Shown here piece by piece: positions 63,402 through 64,000 of a stretch of DNA of 64,000 bases. The stretch covers positions 7,161 through 71,160 of IMG/VR virus record IMGVR_UViG_2765235901_000002. The stretch is one strand, 5' to 3'. Made by a program: the position numbers and the translations under genes. The notes below the pieces were generated by a model. That model did not search any database and was not told the DNA's origin. It saw only the letters and a list, made by a program, of their open reading frames with translations. Source of the stretch: a virus. Lineage: Duplodnaviria; Caudoviricetes. Each line of letters starts with the position of its first letter. The first letter of the stretch is position 1.

Positions 63402-64000
63402 GTGCCTACTCCTACCAGACTGTCAGGTTCGATCTCTTGTTTGGCGTCGTCTCGCCACCGCCGGACAGTGCGGTCGTCGACACCGACACGGCGTGCGATC
63501 TCGCGGAACGGCACACCACCTTCCGCGATGAGCTCGAGCGCCCGGGATCGAGGGTCGACCTCCATTTGGGATGTATCCGGCGTTTCCGTGATTTCAGTGC
63601 GTTCGTCATGGTCGGCTTTTTGGTCGGTATCTTCCGCGCGCCGGCCGAGCTCCACAGTCACCGAGGTGGTCCACAGCAGGAAGATCGGGGGAGTGAGCGC
63701 CACCCCGACCGAGATCCACGAGTGGTGGGTGATCCATGCGTGGACGGCGTTGCCGGTGATGGAGACGAATGCTCCGGCGATGAGCAGCGACCACGCGCCA
63801 CGACTCTGGCTGAGCGCGACGACGGACACCGTCCCGATGACTACGGTGCCGTCGATCATGACCGGCCACAGGTACGCCTCTGGGCCGAGCCCCGCGATGC
63901 GAGCGAGGTCCGCGAGGGCGATGTACGAGATCGCGAAGCAGACGAGAGACAGGAAGACGGTGCCGCGGCGTGCCGTCGTCAGAGCTGTAGATATGGACAT
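63398..64000 (-). CDS. DUF2637-like membrane protein with C-terminal HTH
   Basis: FAISYIALADLA, WPVMIDG, four TMs; FREIARRVGVDDRTVRRW; start at the window edge. Confidence 0.8.
   Translation of the reverse strand: MSISTALTTARRGTVFLSLVCFAISYIALADLARIAGLGPEAYLWPVMIDGTVVIGTVSVVALSQSRGAWSLLIAGAFVSITGNAVHAWITHHSWISVGVALTPPIFLLWTTSVTVELGRRAEDTDQKADHDERTEITETPDTSQMEVDPRSRALELIAEGGVPFREIARRVGVDDRTVRRWRDDAKQEIEPDSLVGVGT

Noticed and set aside
1-64000. CRISPR array, diversity-generating retroelement, integrase/att site, IS element
   Set aside because: No regularly spaced repeats, reverse transcriptase, recombinase or transposase recognised in the window

Overview
The whole window is a GC-rich, siphovirus-type actinobacteriophage or prophage of a Mycobacteriales host (Gordonia/Rhodococcus-like). 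Layout: 1-24 kb, rightward early/replication arm (partial SpoU-type methyltransferase, dual-specificity phosphatase, HNH nucleases, AAA ATPase, two orphan DNA methyltransferases, replication initiator, RusA, NrdH, LysB-like hydrolase, phosphoesterase, Ro60 with two Y RNAs, nucleotidyltransferase-fold RNA ligase); 24-56 kb, late region (split large terminase, portal, MuF/ADP-ribosyltransferase fusion, capsid, tail, split lysin A, second tail-fibre block); 56-64 kb, accessory region (AT3-SGNH acyltransferase, LexA-box gene, operator-controlled leaderless promoter module, lipoprotein). No integrase, CRISPR array, rRNA or true tRNA gene was seen. Highlights: a Ro60 cassette with a permuted tRNA-mimic RNA and a second short Y RNA, lying near an ATP-dependent ligase rather than RtcB; four copies of a GCATCC-N4-GGATGC operator in or over sigma-A-like promoters; four GCGAU-loop hairpins in late leaders; and a shared leader element upstream of two unrelated genes. 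All family assignments come from motif recognition by eye, not database searches.
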